Positions 16,556 to 26,070 of a stretch of 42,300 nt of DNA are shown here, one piece after another. A program made the position numbers and the translations under genes. Location of the stretch: assembly GCA_903865465.1 (NCBI GenBank), contig CAIPJU010000380.1, positions 1-42,300 of the forward strand. The letters run 5' to 3'. The DNA comes from an uncultured Bacteroidota bacterium (GTDB taxonomy: Bacteria; Bacteroidota; Bacteroidia; Bacteroidales; VadinHA17). The notes below the pieces were generated by a model that did not search any database, was not told the DNA's origin, and saw only the letters and a list, made by a program, of their open reading frames with translations. Each line of letters begins with the position of its first letter. Position 1 is the stretch's first letter.

Positions 16556-17503
16556 CTATTTAACATTCATAGAAGCCAGCATATTCCCATAAACGTTGTT
16601 CAGCGCCGACAGGTTATCATTAAGTTTTGTTATCTGATCACGGTATTTTTTTGTATCCCCTGCAGAATCAGAGAGATCTTTCATGAGGTTTTGAATTCCT
16701 TTGTGAAGGACTTCAGACTCTTTAACATGCTCATCGGCCCCTTTTCGCTGTAGTTCATATACAGTGTTAAGAGCAGAAAGGTTCTTGTTGAGCACTTCAA
16801 GCTGCTGTTGGTATGATTTGCCACCAAGCTCAATTACCGACAATGAATCTGCCATGTTTCGGTATGCAGAACCGGTCTCATTTATGACCTTTGCAGTGCT
16901 CTGATATGAGTCAGAAAGTTTTCCCATCGATTCAGTTGCACCGTTAATTGACTCCATATACTTTGTTGAGGCAAGAGAAATATCACCCATTGTATTCATG
17001 TTGGCCGTTGATTCACCAAGTTTTCTGATACCAACGCCAAGTTTCTGGAAAAGCTCGGGTGTTATTTCCGATTTTTCAAGCATCTCATCGAATTTTGCCA
17101 GGGCAGCCGATCCGGCGCCTCCGCCAAATCCGCCTCCGCCACCATAGCCGGAACCTCCAATAGCTCCAGTACTTCCGATTCCTGTAGTTGAACCGCCAGT
17201 TACTGCTCCGCGGAATTTGCCTCCAGTTGCTGCTGCAGCCAGTTCGGGTGATTCTCCTTCGTGAATACCAGCCAGCTCAGGATATACAAGTGTCCAGTCA
17301 ACCTCTTCATGCAAGGGTTCAAAAGCTGAGAAGAAGAAGATAACCGACTCAGTAAGAAGTCCGATCGTAAGCATTGGACCAGCTGCGTGCCAGTGCTGAA
17401 TCTTGAATAGAGCACCAACAATTACAACCGAAGCGCCAAAACCATAAAGTTTAGCGATAAAATTTTTCCAACCGCTGCTCTGTACTATATCTGCTAGGCT
17501 CAT
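16556..17503 (-). CDS. gldL: T9SS/gliding motility protein GldL (PorL), long form with a Gly-rich linker
   Basis: 315 aa with two N-terminal TM helices (YGFGASVVIVGALFKIQHW; MLTIGLLTESVIFFFSAFEP), a Gly-rich tract, then a coiled C-terminal region. It sits between gldK and gldM. Confidence 0.9.
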   Translation of the reverse strand: MSLADIVQSSGWKNFIAKLYGFGASVVIVGALFKIQHWHAAGPMLTIGLLTESVIFFFSAFEPLHEEVDWTLVYPELAGIHEGESPELAAAATGGKFRGAVTGGSTTGIGSTGAIGGSGYGGGGGFGGGAGSAALAKFDEMLEKSEITPELFQKLGVGIRKLGESTANMNTMGDISLASTKYMESINGATESMGKLSDSYQSTAKVINETGSAYRNMADSLSVIELGGKSYQQQLEVLNKNLSALNTVYELQRKGADEHVKESEVLHKGIQNLMKDLSDSAGDTKKYRDQITKLNDNLSALNNVYGNMLASMNVK

Positions 17504-17534
17504 ATCCCTTATTATTTAAGAATTGTTTCAATAA

Positions 17535-18881
17535 TTAATTGTTGACACCAATATAGGATCTGACATTCCTGAATCCTACATATGACTTAGCTGAATCCTG
17601 ATATTCGAAGTCCCTGGTGCTGGTCTGAAGGAAATATGCTATATCTTTCCAGGAACCGCCACGGATAACTTTTCTTTTCATAACAGCCGGGTCTTTGGAA
17701 GTTGCATTATACTCATAGTTTGGCTGAAGATCGTGCTGGAAAATATATGCTGAAGGATGGTACGCGCAGCATGTCCATTCTGCAACGTTTCCTGCCATAT
17801 CGTACAGACCATATTCATTGGGTTCGTATGAACCAACTTTTCCGGCATAAACGTTTCCATCGTCAATATAGTTGCCGCGAAGGGGTTTGAAGTTTGCAAG
17901 GAAGCATCCTTTGTAATTACGTGTGTAAGGTCCGCCCCATGGATACATAGAGAGGTCGAGTCCGCCCCTGGCAGCATATTCCCATTCTGTTTCGAGAGGA
18001 AGTCTGTATTTGCTTACTTCTGCTACTCCGTTTCTCCTGAGGGCTGAGTTCATATAATCGGTTCTCCAGATGCTGAATGCTGTTGCCTGAACCCAGGTAA
18101 CACCAACAACGGGATAATTATCGAATGAAGGATGCCAGAAATAGAGTGATGCCTGAGGATCGTTGAATGAATAGGTGAAGTCTCTGATCCAGCACAAGGT
18201 ATCGGGATAGACGTTGACAACATTATGTTTGATATAGGAAGAGCGGTCTTTAACCTGAGTTGAGTTTCCGTCTGCATCGAGATAATGTCCTTCGTATTTT
18301 CCAGTGCTGGTTGCATAATCAAATTTATAGGTTGCTTTTGCAGCCTGCTGGTAATCGACCCAGAAATAGGAATAATTCAGCTTCCTTACATCGACCTGTT
18401 TTTTACCGTTAAATCTCTCTTCAGGAGGATAAAACATCTCTTCGATGGTGGCTTTTGTAGTCTCTTCATCAGGGACTATTTTTTCGCTCCAGTCGAGTCT
18501 GTTTGGATCAAGAACGTTACCTTCCTTGTCGGTCATAAAGTAGTCGCGGTCAGCAACTCCGGCACCTGCAAGTTTTGTCCTGAGAATTGAGTCACGCACC
18601 CAATATACAAACTGACGGTATTTATTATTTGTTATTTCTGTCTGATCCATCCAGAAGGCATCGACTGTAACGGTTTTAGAGATGCTGTTATTAGCAAAAA
18701 CGGCATCCTGATCACTTGGACCCATTACAAAACTGCCGGCAGGGATGAAGGCCATTTCAAGTGGCTCTGGTTCAAAATACTTTTTTCTGTCCAATACTCC
18801 AGTGAGTTCGCCATTATTTGTCGAACGGCATCCGATTAAGAAACCGAGTATTATCAGAGAAGTTAGGGCTACCTTTTTCAT
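17535..18881 (-). CDS. gldK: T9SS/gliding lipoprotein GldK (PorK), FGE/sulfatase-modifying-factor fold
   Basis: The ORF track begins at 18905, but the ATG at 18881 gives the lipoprotein signal MKKVALTSLIILGFLIGC. It has FGE-like motifs (YPVVGVTW, EWEYAARGG, RGGSWKD). Confidence 0.9.
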   Translation of the reverse strand: MKKVALTSLIILGFLIGCRSTNNGELTGVLDRKKYFEPEPLEMAFIPAGSFVMGPSDQDAVFANNSISKTVTVDAFWMDQTEITNNKYRQFVYWVRDSILRTKLAGAGVADRDYFMTDKEGNVLDPNRLDWSEKIVPDEETTKATIEEMFYPPEERFNGKKQVDVRKLNYSYFWVDYQQAAKATYKFDYATSTGKYEGHYLDADGNSTQVKDRSSYIKHNVVNVYPDTLCWIRDFTYSFNDPQASLYFWHPSFDNYPVVGVTWVQATAFSIWRTDYMNSALRRNGVAEVSKYRLPLETEWEYAARGGLDLSMYPWGGPYTRNYKGCFLANFKPLRGNYIDDGNVYAGKVGSYEPNEYGLYDMAGNVAEWTCCAYHPSAYIFQHDLQPNYEYNATSKDPAVMKRKVIRGGSWKDIAYFLQTSTRDFEYQDSAKSYVGFRNVRSYIGVNN

Positions 18882-18927
18882 ACTACTAAGAATTATATAC
18901 TGCAAGTAAGTTAAATTTTTTCACAAT

Positions 18928-19899
18928 TCATAAAAACCTTATACTTTTATATCTCATCGGGCTCTTTCCGAGGTTCAGGTCAAAGCAATAATTGACCATG
19001 AATTCATGTGATCCGCTGGTGTTAGTTTTCATACTGGATATTGTAAAATCGTAAGCATAACCAAGTCTTATACCGTTGAATAACTCAATCCCGACAATTC
19101 CGATAATCGCATCTCCGGCTCTGTAAGAAACGCCACCCCATGCTTTTTTATTGTATCTGATCAGAGAAGTTACAGAAAACTGCAAGGCTTTTCCATCGCT
19201 AAAGACAAAAACTGAAGGTAAAAGTTCAAGAGAGGGGTTGGCTAACTGAAGATTATACCCTGACGTCAGATAATAATGCCTGCTTACGTAGGGAGTTCCC
19301 TTTGAGAATTTAATTTTAGGTTGGTTAATATGTGTCACCGAAAATCCGGCATAATAATTATCAGTTTTATAATAAAGTCCCATTCCTGCATCAAAGGCAA
19401 GATAACTTTCTTTGTTCTCGGGTATAAGCGGATCGCCTGAAGCAGGCGTATGTGATTCACCGGTTGGGATCTGCCAGGTAGGATTAAGCGTTTGGTTGAG
19501 CATTCCAAGGTTAATACCAATCCCCAGCTTTCCTGGTCCTACATCGGCCAGATAGGAATAGGCGAGTGATATATTTATATCCTTATCGAAGCCCACATTA
19601 TCGCTTTCAACGAGCAAGCCGACTCCGCTTTTTATCTTAAAGGGAGCTACCGGGGCACTGATATTGAATATTGTAGTTGACGGGGCTCCTGTAAATCCGA
19701 CCCATTGCTGCCGGTTGAGGGCCGTGGCACAGATCATTCCCGAAACGCCTGCCACACCAGGGTTATATGTCATTGTATTAAACATATACTGGCTCGACAA
19801 AGGATCCTGCTGAGGCGATGCCTGCTGCAATATTGCAGCCCAAAAAAGAAATATTATACCTATTTTCTTCACTTTTTGACTTTTTGAGGCGAAGCACAT
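18928..19899 (-). CDS. porP: PorP/SprF-family T9SS outer-membrane protein
   Basis: 323 aa. After the signal peptide, the mature N-terminus QQDPLSSQYMFNTMTYNPGVAG is the PorP/SprF signature. It lies immediately upstream of gldK, as in the Porphyromonas-type operon. Confidence 0.85.
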   Translation of the reverse strand: MCFASKSQKVKKIGIIFLFWAAILQQASPQQDPLSSQYMFNTMTYNPGVAGVSGMICATALNRQQWVGFTGAPSTTIFNISAPVAPFKIKSGVGLLVESDNVGFDKDINISLAYSYLADVGPGKLGIGINLGMLNQTLNPTWQIPTGESHTPASGDPLIPENKESYLAFDAGMGLYYKTDNYYAGFSVTHINQPKIKFSKGTPYVSRHYYLTSGYNLQLANPSLELLPSVFVFSDGKALQFSVTSLIRYNKKAWGGVSYRAGDAIIGIVGIELFNGIRLGYAYDFTISSMKTNTSGSHEFMVNYCFDLNLGKSPMRYKSIRFL

Positions 19900-20044
19900 C
19901 TGTTCAACCCGTAAAGGAAATAAAAATACCTTTTCAATACAAATTAATGATTATTTATTTTATCACAACAGGGCTTAAATTGATAAGATGCTTAAATAAA
20001 TTGATAAAGGAAATTTGAAACAGGGATCTCAAATTAAGGGGTGA

Positions 20045-21214
20045 TCAGGGTTTTTCTCTTTCCATTGCCTTGACCCATCTGTCGGGCAATTCATTCCTAC
20101 CGGCCCTTAGATAGTCATCATATGAGCAGGCAATGAATGAGGGTTTCAAACTTCCCGAGGGTACTTCCATCCACCACCTGTCGGTAAGATTGCTCTTTAA
20201 AAATACAAGATCATCGTTAAGGCCGGTGAGCCTGACATAATGCCTGACAAACCTGCCTGAGTTGCCGGAGGCCAATGCCGGTGATTCATTTTGTTTCTGC
20301 GCAAAGCCTTCAAGAAAAAGCCAGATGATCTGTGCGGCAAGACCAGAAGTCTGATTACGGATATCAAGTTCGGGATTTACTTCAAACAGCCCAAACAACT
20401 TTATATTATCTGATATTCCGGCATATCGTGCCAGCAGGCATATCTCCTCGCCATAAAAACCGTTAGGTGATGGGGAGTAGGTCCCCGGAGCATCTGACTG
20501 CCGAACTGAGCAGATGTCGAACACCACAGCATCAGAATCTCTCAGGAGAGGCTCGGTAAGACTTATGGTCTGACGAACATCGCCTATCCTGTTGAGTTCC
20601 GACCTCCTTTTAATGAACCTGTTTATAACCTGCTGGTCGTTGAGATAAGTCTGATATCCAATATTAATGTAATGACGAAACCTGCTTTTTCCATTGCCCA
20701 TAATGGTATTCAGGTAGTTATATGAGTCAGGCTCTTTCCTTTCGTTGCTGTAATCTATCCTTGGGTCGACGGCTGCCAGCGTATAGCCTTCGGTGAATTT
20801 CGACAGGGCCCGGACGAAGGCCGGGACAAGGGCACTACTTCCGCCTAAGATAACCGGGAAGATTTTTTCATGGAGCAGAAAAGAGAGGATATCCGAGAGT
20901 CCTGCAATAGTATCCCGGAATGAGATCCCCTGTTTCATATTTCCAAGATCGATAATTCCCGGGCGACCCGGAATTTTTGACAGCTGGTAAAGCTGTTTTC
21001 TGATGGCATCAGGCCCTTTCGCTGATCCGGAATTTGGCGAATTTCTCCCTTCGGGAACTCCGATTATGGCCATTCGGAATTTTTTTAAATCGCCGATACG
21101 ACTACTTTCAGTATGCACAAAAATATTATGCGGGAAAATAGCGGGGCCTGTCAGATGTTCAAAATCAGGGCCATCGATAGAAACAGGATCAAAATAATCA
21201 TTCAGGTTAATCAT
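20045..21214 (-). CDS. Arginase/formiminoglutamase-fold protein with non-canonical metal-site motifs and a C-terminal extension
   Basis: 389 aa. Ureohydrolase-like blocks are visible (MAIIGVPEGRNS...GPDAIR; PVILGGSSA; AAVDPRID; VVFDICSVRQSDAPG; FEVNPELD), but several expected His/Asp ligands appear substituted. Confidence 0.75.
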   Translation of the reverse strand: MINLNDYFDPVSIDGPDFEHLTGPAIFPHNIFVHTESSRIGDLKKFRMAIIGVPEGRNSPNSGSAKGPDAIRKQLYQLSKIPGRPGIIDLGNMKQGISFRDTIAGLSDILSFLLHEKIFPVILGGSSALVPAFVRALSKFTEGYTLAAVDPRIDYSNERKEPDSYNYLNTIMGNGKSRFRHYINIGYQTYLNDQQVINRFIKRRSELNRIGDVRQTISLTEPLLRDSDAVVFDICSVRQSDAPGTYSPSPNGFYGEEICLLARYAGISDNIKLFGLFEVNPELDIRNQTSGLAAQIIWLFLEGFAQKQNESPALASGNSGRFVRHYVRLTGLNDDLVFLKSNLTDRWWMEVPSGSLKPSFIACSYDDYLRAGRNELPDRWVKAMEREKP

Positions 21215-21219
21215 GTTTG

Positions 21220-23523
21220 TCAGGAGCTCTTTTTAGTTTTATCGCTGCTTTCAATTATCTGGATGCAATCTTCCTTTGTCAGCTTTTCAGCATCAGTTCC
21301 TTTGGGAAGCCGGTAATTCAATTTGTCTTTTGAGAGATATGGTCCGTACCTCCCGTTGAGGAGTTTGATGTCGCCAAAGTCGTTAATAACCTTTTTCTGA
21401 TCACTTTCATTTTTTTCATTAATGATCTCCAGGGCTCTTTCTACAGTAACGGAATATGGATCGTCAATCCCTTTTTTCAACGAATAGAATTTACTTTTAT
21501 ACCTTATATAGGGTCCGAATTTACCAACTCCAACCACCATTTCACCTCCGTCGTGTTCACCGAGTGAGCGGGGAAGCCTGAAGAGATCGAGTGCCTCTTT
21601 TAGAGTTATTGTTTCCAGAAGCTGGTTTTTGGAGAGGCTTGCGAACCTCGGTTTCCCTTCATTTGAAGTATCACCAACCTGTGCTACAGGACCAAATCTT
21701 CCCATCCTTACTGTGACTGGTTCTCCTGTTTCGGGGTGATTTCCAAGTACCCTGACCCCTGTCTTTCGCTCTTTCTTTTCAAGCGTTGCAGTAACTGTTT
21801 TATGGAAAGGGGCGTAAAACTCCTGCAGCATACCGGTCCATTTAAGGTTCCCGAGCGCTATTTCGTCGAACTGTTCTTCAACCCCTGCTGTAAAGTTGTA
21901 GTCGACGATCTCAATAAAATTCTCTGTAAGGAAATCATTCACTATCATACCTATATCCTGAGGGAAGAGTTTTGATTTTTCCTTTCCTGCAACCTCTGTC
22001 TTTGTAGTTGCTGCTATTTTCCCTTTCTGGAGGGCAAGGATTTTTATAAGACGTTTTTCACCAGGGCGGTCCTCGCGGGAAACATAGCCCCTGTTCTGAA
22101 TTGTTGAGATTGTAGGTGCATAAGTTGAAGGTCTTCCAATGCCCAATTCCTCAAGTTTCTTAACAAGGCTTGCTTCAGTGTAGCGGGGAGGAGGTGCACT
22201 GTATTTCTGAGTGGCTGTAATATTTTCATACCATAGCGGCATCCCCTTTTTAACCGGAGGAATGATATCCTTGTCCTCATCACCGTTGTCGGCATCGTTC
22301 GACTCGGAATAAACCTTCAGAAAGCCATCAAACTTAATGACCTCACCAACAGCCAGGAAGGTGACAGGTGAGTTATTCATCCCGATGGTTATTGTTGTCT
22401 TCTCAATTTCAGCGTCGGCCATCTGGGAAGCAATAGTTCTTTTCCAGATCAGGTCATAGAGTTTTTTCTCATTAAGGCTGCCAGCAACAGAGGGGTTGTC
22501 GAGGTAGGCTGGCCTGATAGCCTCATGTGCTTCCTGGGCTCCTTTTGTTTTAGTCGCAAACTGGCGTGTTCTGGAATATTTTTCTCCGAACTCAGAAGAT
22601 ATAACCTCCTTCGCTTTGCCCAGAGCAAGTTGTGAAAGATTTGTCGAGTCGGTCCTCATATATGTTATCCTTCCGGCTTCGTAAAGCTTCTGAGCCACAG
22701 CCATTGTCTGTGCTACTGAAAAACTTAGTTTGCGGTAAGCTTCCTGCTGAAGTGTTGAGGTTGTAAAGGGAGGAGCCGGAGAACGGGTTCCGGGTTTCAC
22801 TGTCACATTGGCAACGGAATAATCTGATTTACTGCATACTTCAAGGAACTCAAGTGCTTCATTCTCACCCTGGAATCTTTTTGAAGCCTCTGACCTAAGA
22901 AGCAGTGTGGTATCAGAACCCTTTTCAGTTAAAAATCCGGCTGTTATCCTGAATGAGGATTCAGATTTGAACGAGATGATCTCCCTTTCACGTTCAACAA
23001 TAAGCCGGACGGCTACAGATTGTACCCTTCCTGCAGAGAGTGAGGGCTGAACCTTCTTCCAGAGAACCGGGGATATTTCAAAGCCGACCAGACGGTCGAG
23101 TATCCTCCTGGCCTGTTGCGAATTTACAAGGTTCATATCGACAAGCCTCGGATTTTCAATGGCAGCGGTGATAGCCTCTTTGGTTATCTCGTGAAAGACT
23201 ATTCTTTTTGTAGAATCCAGATCAAGTTTTAAAACATTTACGAGGTGCCAGGCGATAGCCTCTCCCTCGCGGTCCTCGTCGGAGGCAATCCAGACATGCT
23301 TCGATTCCGCAGCAGCTTTTCGCAATTCGCTTACTACCTTGGCCTTCTCCTTAGGGATCTCATAATTGGGAGTAAAGTTTTTCTCAACATCAATACCAAG
23401 GTTTTTTTTGGCCAGGTCTCTGATATGTCCGAAGCTAGAAACAACCCGGAAATCTTTTCCCAGAAATTTCTCAATAGTTTTCGCTTTTGCAGGCGACTCA
23501 ACAATAACTAGATTTTCGATCAT
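21220..23523 (-). CDS. topA: DNA topoisomerase I
   Basis: 767 aa with Toprim LVIVESPAKAKTIEKFLG and DEDREGEAIAWH, the active-site Tyr context ITYMRTDS, and C-terminal GKFGPY/GRYGPY repeats. Confidence 0.95.
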   Translation of the reverse strand: MIENLVIVESPAKAKTIEKFLGKDFRVVSSFGHIRDLAKKNLGIDVEKNFTPNYEIPKEKAKVVSELRKAAAESKHVWIASDEDREGEAIAWHLVNVLKLDLDSTKRIVFHEITKEAITAAIENPRLVDMNLVNSQQARRILDRLVGFEISPVLWKKVQPSLSAGRVQSVAVRLIVEREREIISFKSESSFRITAGFLTEKGSDTTLLLRSEASKRFQGENEALEFLEVCSKSDYSVANVTVKPGTRSPAPPFTTSTLQQEAYRKLSFSVAQTMAVAQKLYEAGRITYMRTDSTNLSQLALGKAKEVISSEFGEKYSRTRQFATKTKGAQEAHEAIRPAYLDNPSVAGSLNEKKLYDLIWKRTIASQMADAEIEKTTITIGMNNSPVTFLAVGEVIKFDGFLKVYSESNDADNGDEDKDIIPPVKKGMPLWYENITATQKYSAPPPRYTEASLVKKLEELGIGRPSTYAPTISTIQNRGYVSREDRPGEKRLIKILALQKGKIAATTKTEVAGKEKSKLFPQDIGMIVNDFLTENFIEIVDYNFTAGVEEQFDEIALGNLKWTGMLQEFYAPFHKTVTATLEKKERKTGVRVLGNHPETGEPVTVRMGRFGPVAQVGDTSNEGKPRFASLSKNQLLETITLKEALDLFRLPRSLGEHDGGEMVVGVGKFGPYIRYKSKFYSLKKGIDDPYSVTVERALEIINEKNESDQKKVINDFGDIKLLNGRYGPYLSKDKLNYRLPKGTDAEKLTKEDCIQIIESSDKTKKSS

Positions 23524-23615
23524 TAAAGGAATTTTAGTTCATTTTCCAAGCGACAAAGTAAATGAATTAGGGACCAAACTTCAAAATTTACCACTAACAA
23601 TCTTTTTTTTATTAC

Positions 23616-23623
23616 TATTTTTG
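23616..23623 (+). promoter_or_regulatory. Candidate -7 promoter box for the PBP1A-like gene
   Basis: TATTTTTG lies 19 nt upstream of the ATG at 23642, with a T8 tract just upstream. Confidence 0.45.
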
Positions 23624-23641
23624 GCGCAAACACTGAAGTAA

Positions 23642-25990
23642 ATGAAAGGCAAAATTAAAAACAGAAAATATCTGATATGGTTCTGGGCATTGTTCATTTT
23701 TCCATTCGCTTTCATTATCATGCTTTTCATCTTGATATCGAAGGAGAAGTTTGGCAGGATGCCTTCATTCATTGAACTCGAGAATCCTGAATATTATCTC
23801 GCCGCAGAAGTCTATTCCGAGGACGGTGTCCTGCTAGGAAAGATCAGTGTCGAGAACCGGATGTGGACTGATTACAAAGATCTCTCTCATTATCTTACTG
23901 ATGCCCTTGTTGCAACCGAGGACATACGATATACAAGGCATTCAGGCATTGATGTCCGTGGCCTGGGCAGGGCAGCAATCCGTACAATACTACTTGGTCA
24001 GGGAACAGGTGGAGGAAGCACTATTACTCAACAGCTTGCAAAACAGCTTTATCCAAGGGATACAGCCAGAGTCTCTTCGTTCATGCGACGGGTTAATCTG
24101 AGTGTATCAAAATTCAAGGAATGGCAGACGGCTGTTAAACTGGAGCGGAGTTATACCAAGGATGAGATTCTGACCATGTACCTGAATAAGTTTGATTTCG
24201 GTTATAATGCAATTGGTGTAAAGTCGGCTGCAAGGGTATATTTCAATACAAGCCCCGATTCACTAAACCTTCAACAGGCAGCGGTATTGGTTGGAATGCT
24301 TAAAGCTTCAACGCGCTATAATCCTTTGAGAAACCATGACCTGATGCTTCTGAGGAGAAATACAGTTCTGACCCAGATGGAAAAATATGGATATATCACC
24401 CCATCGGTTGCCGATTCTGTAAAGAAACTTCCCATTATAACTAATTTTAGAAAAGAAGATCATAATTCAGGGCTTGCGACCTATCTCAGGCAATATCTTA
24501 CAAATACCATGAAAAAGCCGGAGCCCGACCGGAGCAAATATGTTCAGCAGGCCTCCTATGACGACGCAATGTGGGAATGGCAGAATAATCAACTCTATGG
24601 CTGGTGCAACAAGCACAGGAAACCAGATGGTTCTGGTTATGACATCTACAGGGATGGCTTAAAAATTTATACCACCCTTAATTCGAAGATGCAGAAATAT
24701 GCTGAGGAGGCTCTCACAGAACATCTTTCAAAAGAGGTTCAGCCCGATTTTTACAAGAGGGCCAGAGGCTTCAGGAATCCTCCATATTCAAATGACATGT
24801 CGAAACAGGAAGTCGATGAGCTGATTTTCAGATCAGTAAAGCAGAGCAGAAGGTATTCTCTTATGAGTAAAAGGGGTGTCCCTGAAGACTCTATTATGCT
24901 TGCTTTTAATACCCCGGCACGTATGACTGTCTTCTCCTGGAAGGGGGAGCGCGATACGGTGATGACCCCTCTCGACTCGATCAGGTATTACAAATATTTT
25001 ATCAGGTCAGCCTTCCTGGTCGAAGATCCTCACAATGGCTATGTGAAAGCCTATGTGGGGGGACCCGATTTCAGATATTTTGAATACGATGCCATTACCC
25101 AGCAGAGAAAACAGGTTGGAAGTACAATCAAGCCTTTCCTCTACACTATAGCTATGCAGAACGGTTTCTCACCCTGCTATGAGGTTGAAAACATACCAAG
25201 GACTTTCATTCTGCCTAATGATTCATCGTGGACTCCACGAAGTTCAGGTCCAAAAGAGTACCATGGCAAGATGGTGACCCTGGCCTGGGGGCTGGCTCAG
25301 TCGGAAAATTATATTTCGGCTTTCCTGATGCAGCAGTTCAAACCTACTGCCGTTACTGACCTGATGAAAAAAATGGGAATAAGAAGTTATATTGACCCAG
25401 TCCCTTCCATTTTTCTTGGAACCTCTGATATTAAGCTTGAGGAGATGGTAGGCGCCTATGGAACTTTTGCCAATAAAGGAGTTTATACCCGCCCAATGTA
25501 TGTGACAAGGATTGATGATAAAAATGGTAATACCATCTCACGTTTCACACCGAAAGTTGAAGAGGTTCTCAGCGAAGAGCAGGCGTATCTGATGCTATAT
25601 CTTCTTCAGGGTGTGGTAAATACTGGTTCAGGACAAAGGCTTAGAAGAGATCCCTACAACTTGACAAACCAGATAGGCGGAAAGACCGGTACCACACAGA
25701 ACCATGCCAACGGATGGTTTATGGGTGTCACTCCCAATCTTGTAGGTGGTGTCTGGAGCGGTTGGGAAGATCAGTCAATTCACTTTGAAACCCTCAGTGA
25801 GGGGCAGGGTGCAAATATGGCTCTCCCTGTTTTTGCCATCTTCCTGAAAAAATTATATGCCGATCCGCAATTTGGGATAATGGAAGCAGACGAATTTGAA
25901 CGTCCTTCAAATTTCAAGATTGACCTCGACTGTGATCAGATTAACAAGGCAAGTTCGGTTAGAGATAACCACAGAAGGGAAAGATATTAA
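23642..25990 (+). CDS. Class A penicillin-binding protein (GT51 transglycosylase plus transpeptidase), PBP1A-like
   Basis: 782 aa with an N-terminal TM helix, GT51 motifs ATEDIRYTRHSGID and GGSTITQQLAK, and transpeptidase motifs STIKP (SxxK) and GKTGTT (KTG). Confidence 0.92.
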   Translation: MKGKIKNRKYLIWFWALFIFPFAFIIMLFILISKEKFGRMPSFIELENPEYYLAAEVYSEDGVLLGKISVENRMWTDYKDLSHYLTDALVATEDIRYTRHSGIDVRGLGRAAIRTILLGQGTGGGSTITQQLAKQLYPRDTARVSSFMRRVNLSVSKFKEWQTAVKLERSYTKDEILTMYLNKFDFGYNAIGVKSAARVYFNTSPDSLNLQQAAVLVGMLKASTRYNPLRNHDLMLLRRNTVLTQMEKYGYITPSVADSVKKLPIITNFRKEDHNSGLATYLRQYLTNTMKKPEPDRSKYVQQASYDDAMWEWQNNQLYGWCNKHRKPDGSGYDIYRDGLKIYTTLNSKMQKYAEEALTEHLSKEVQPDFYKRARGFRNPPYSNDMSKQEVDELIFRSVKQSRRYSLMSKRGVPEDSIMLAFNTPARMTVFSWKGERDTVMTPLDSIRYYKYFIRSAFLVEDPHNGYVKAYVGGPDFRYFEYDAITQQRKQVGSTIKPFLYTIAMQNGFSPCYEVENIPRTFILPNDSSWTPRSSGPKEYHGKMVTLAWGLAQSENYISAFLMQQFKPTAVTDLMKKMGIRSYIDPVPSIFLGTSDIKLEEMVGAYGTFANKGVYTRPMYVTRIDDKNGNTISRFTPKVEEVLSEEQAYLMLYLLQGVVNTGSGQRLRRDPYNLTNQIGGKTGTTQNHANGWFMGVTPNLVGGVWSGWEDQSIHFETLSEGQGANMALPVFAIFLKKLYADPQFGIMEADEFERPSNFKIDLDCDQINKASSVRDNHRRERY

Positions 25991-26012
25991 AGCATGCAGT
26001 TAATAAAATATC

Positions 26013-26054
26013 AGGCCTGGGAATCCATATCAGAAAGTTCACCAGGCCTTTTTT
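26013..26054. terminator. Stem-loop with T-tract between convergent PBP1A-like and radA genes
   Basis: AGGCCTGG (26013-26020) pairs with CCAGGCCT (26042-26049), followed by T5 (26050-26054). The 21-nt loop is long, which lowers confidence. Confidence 0.45.
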
Positions 26055-26070
26055 ATGTCTGGTAAAAGAA

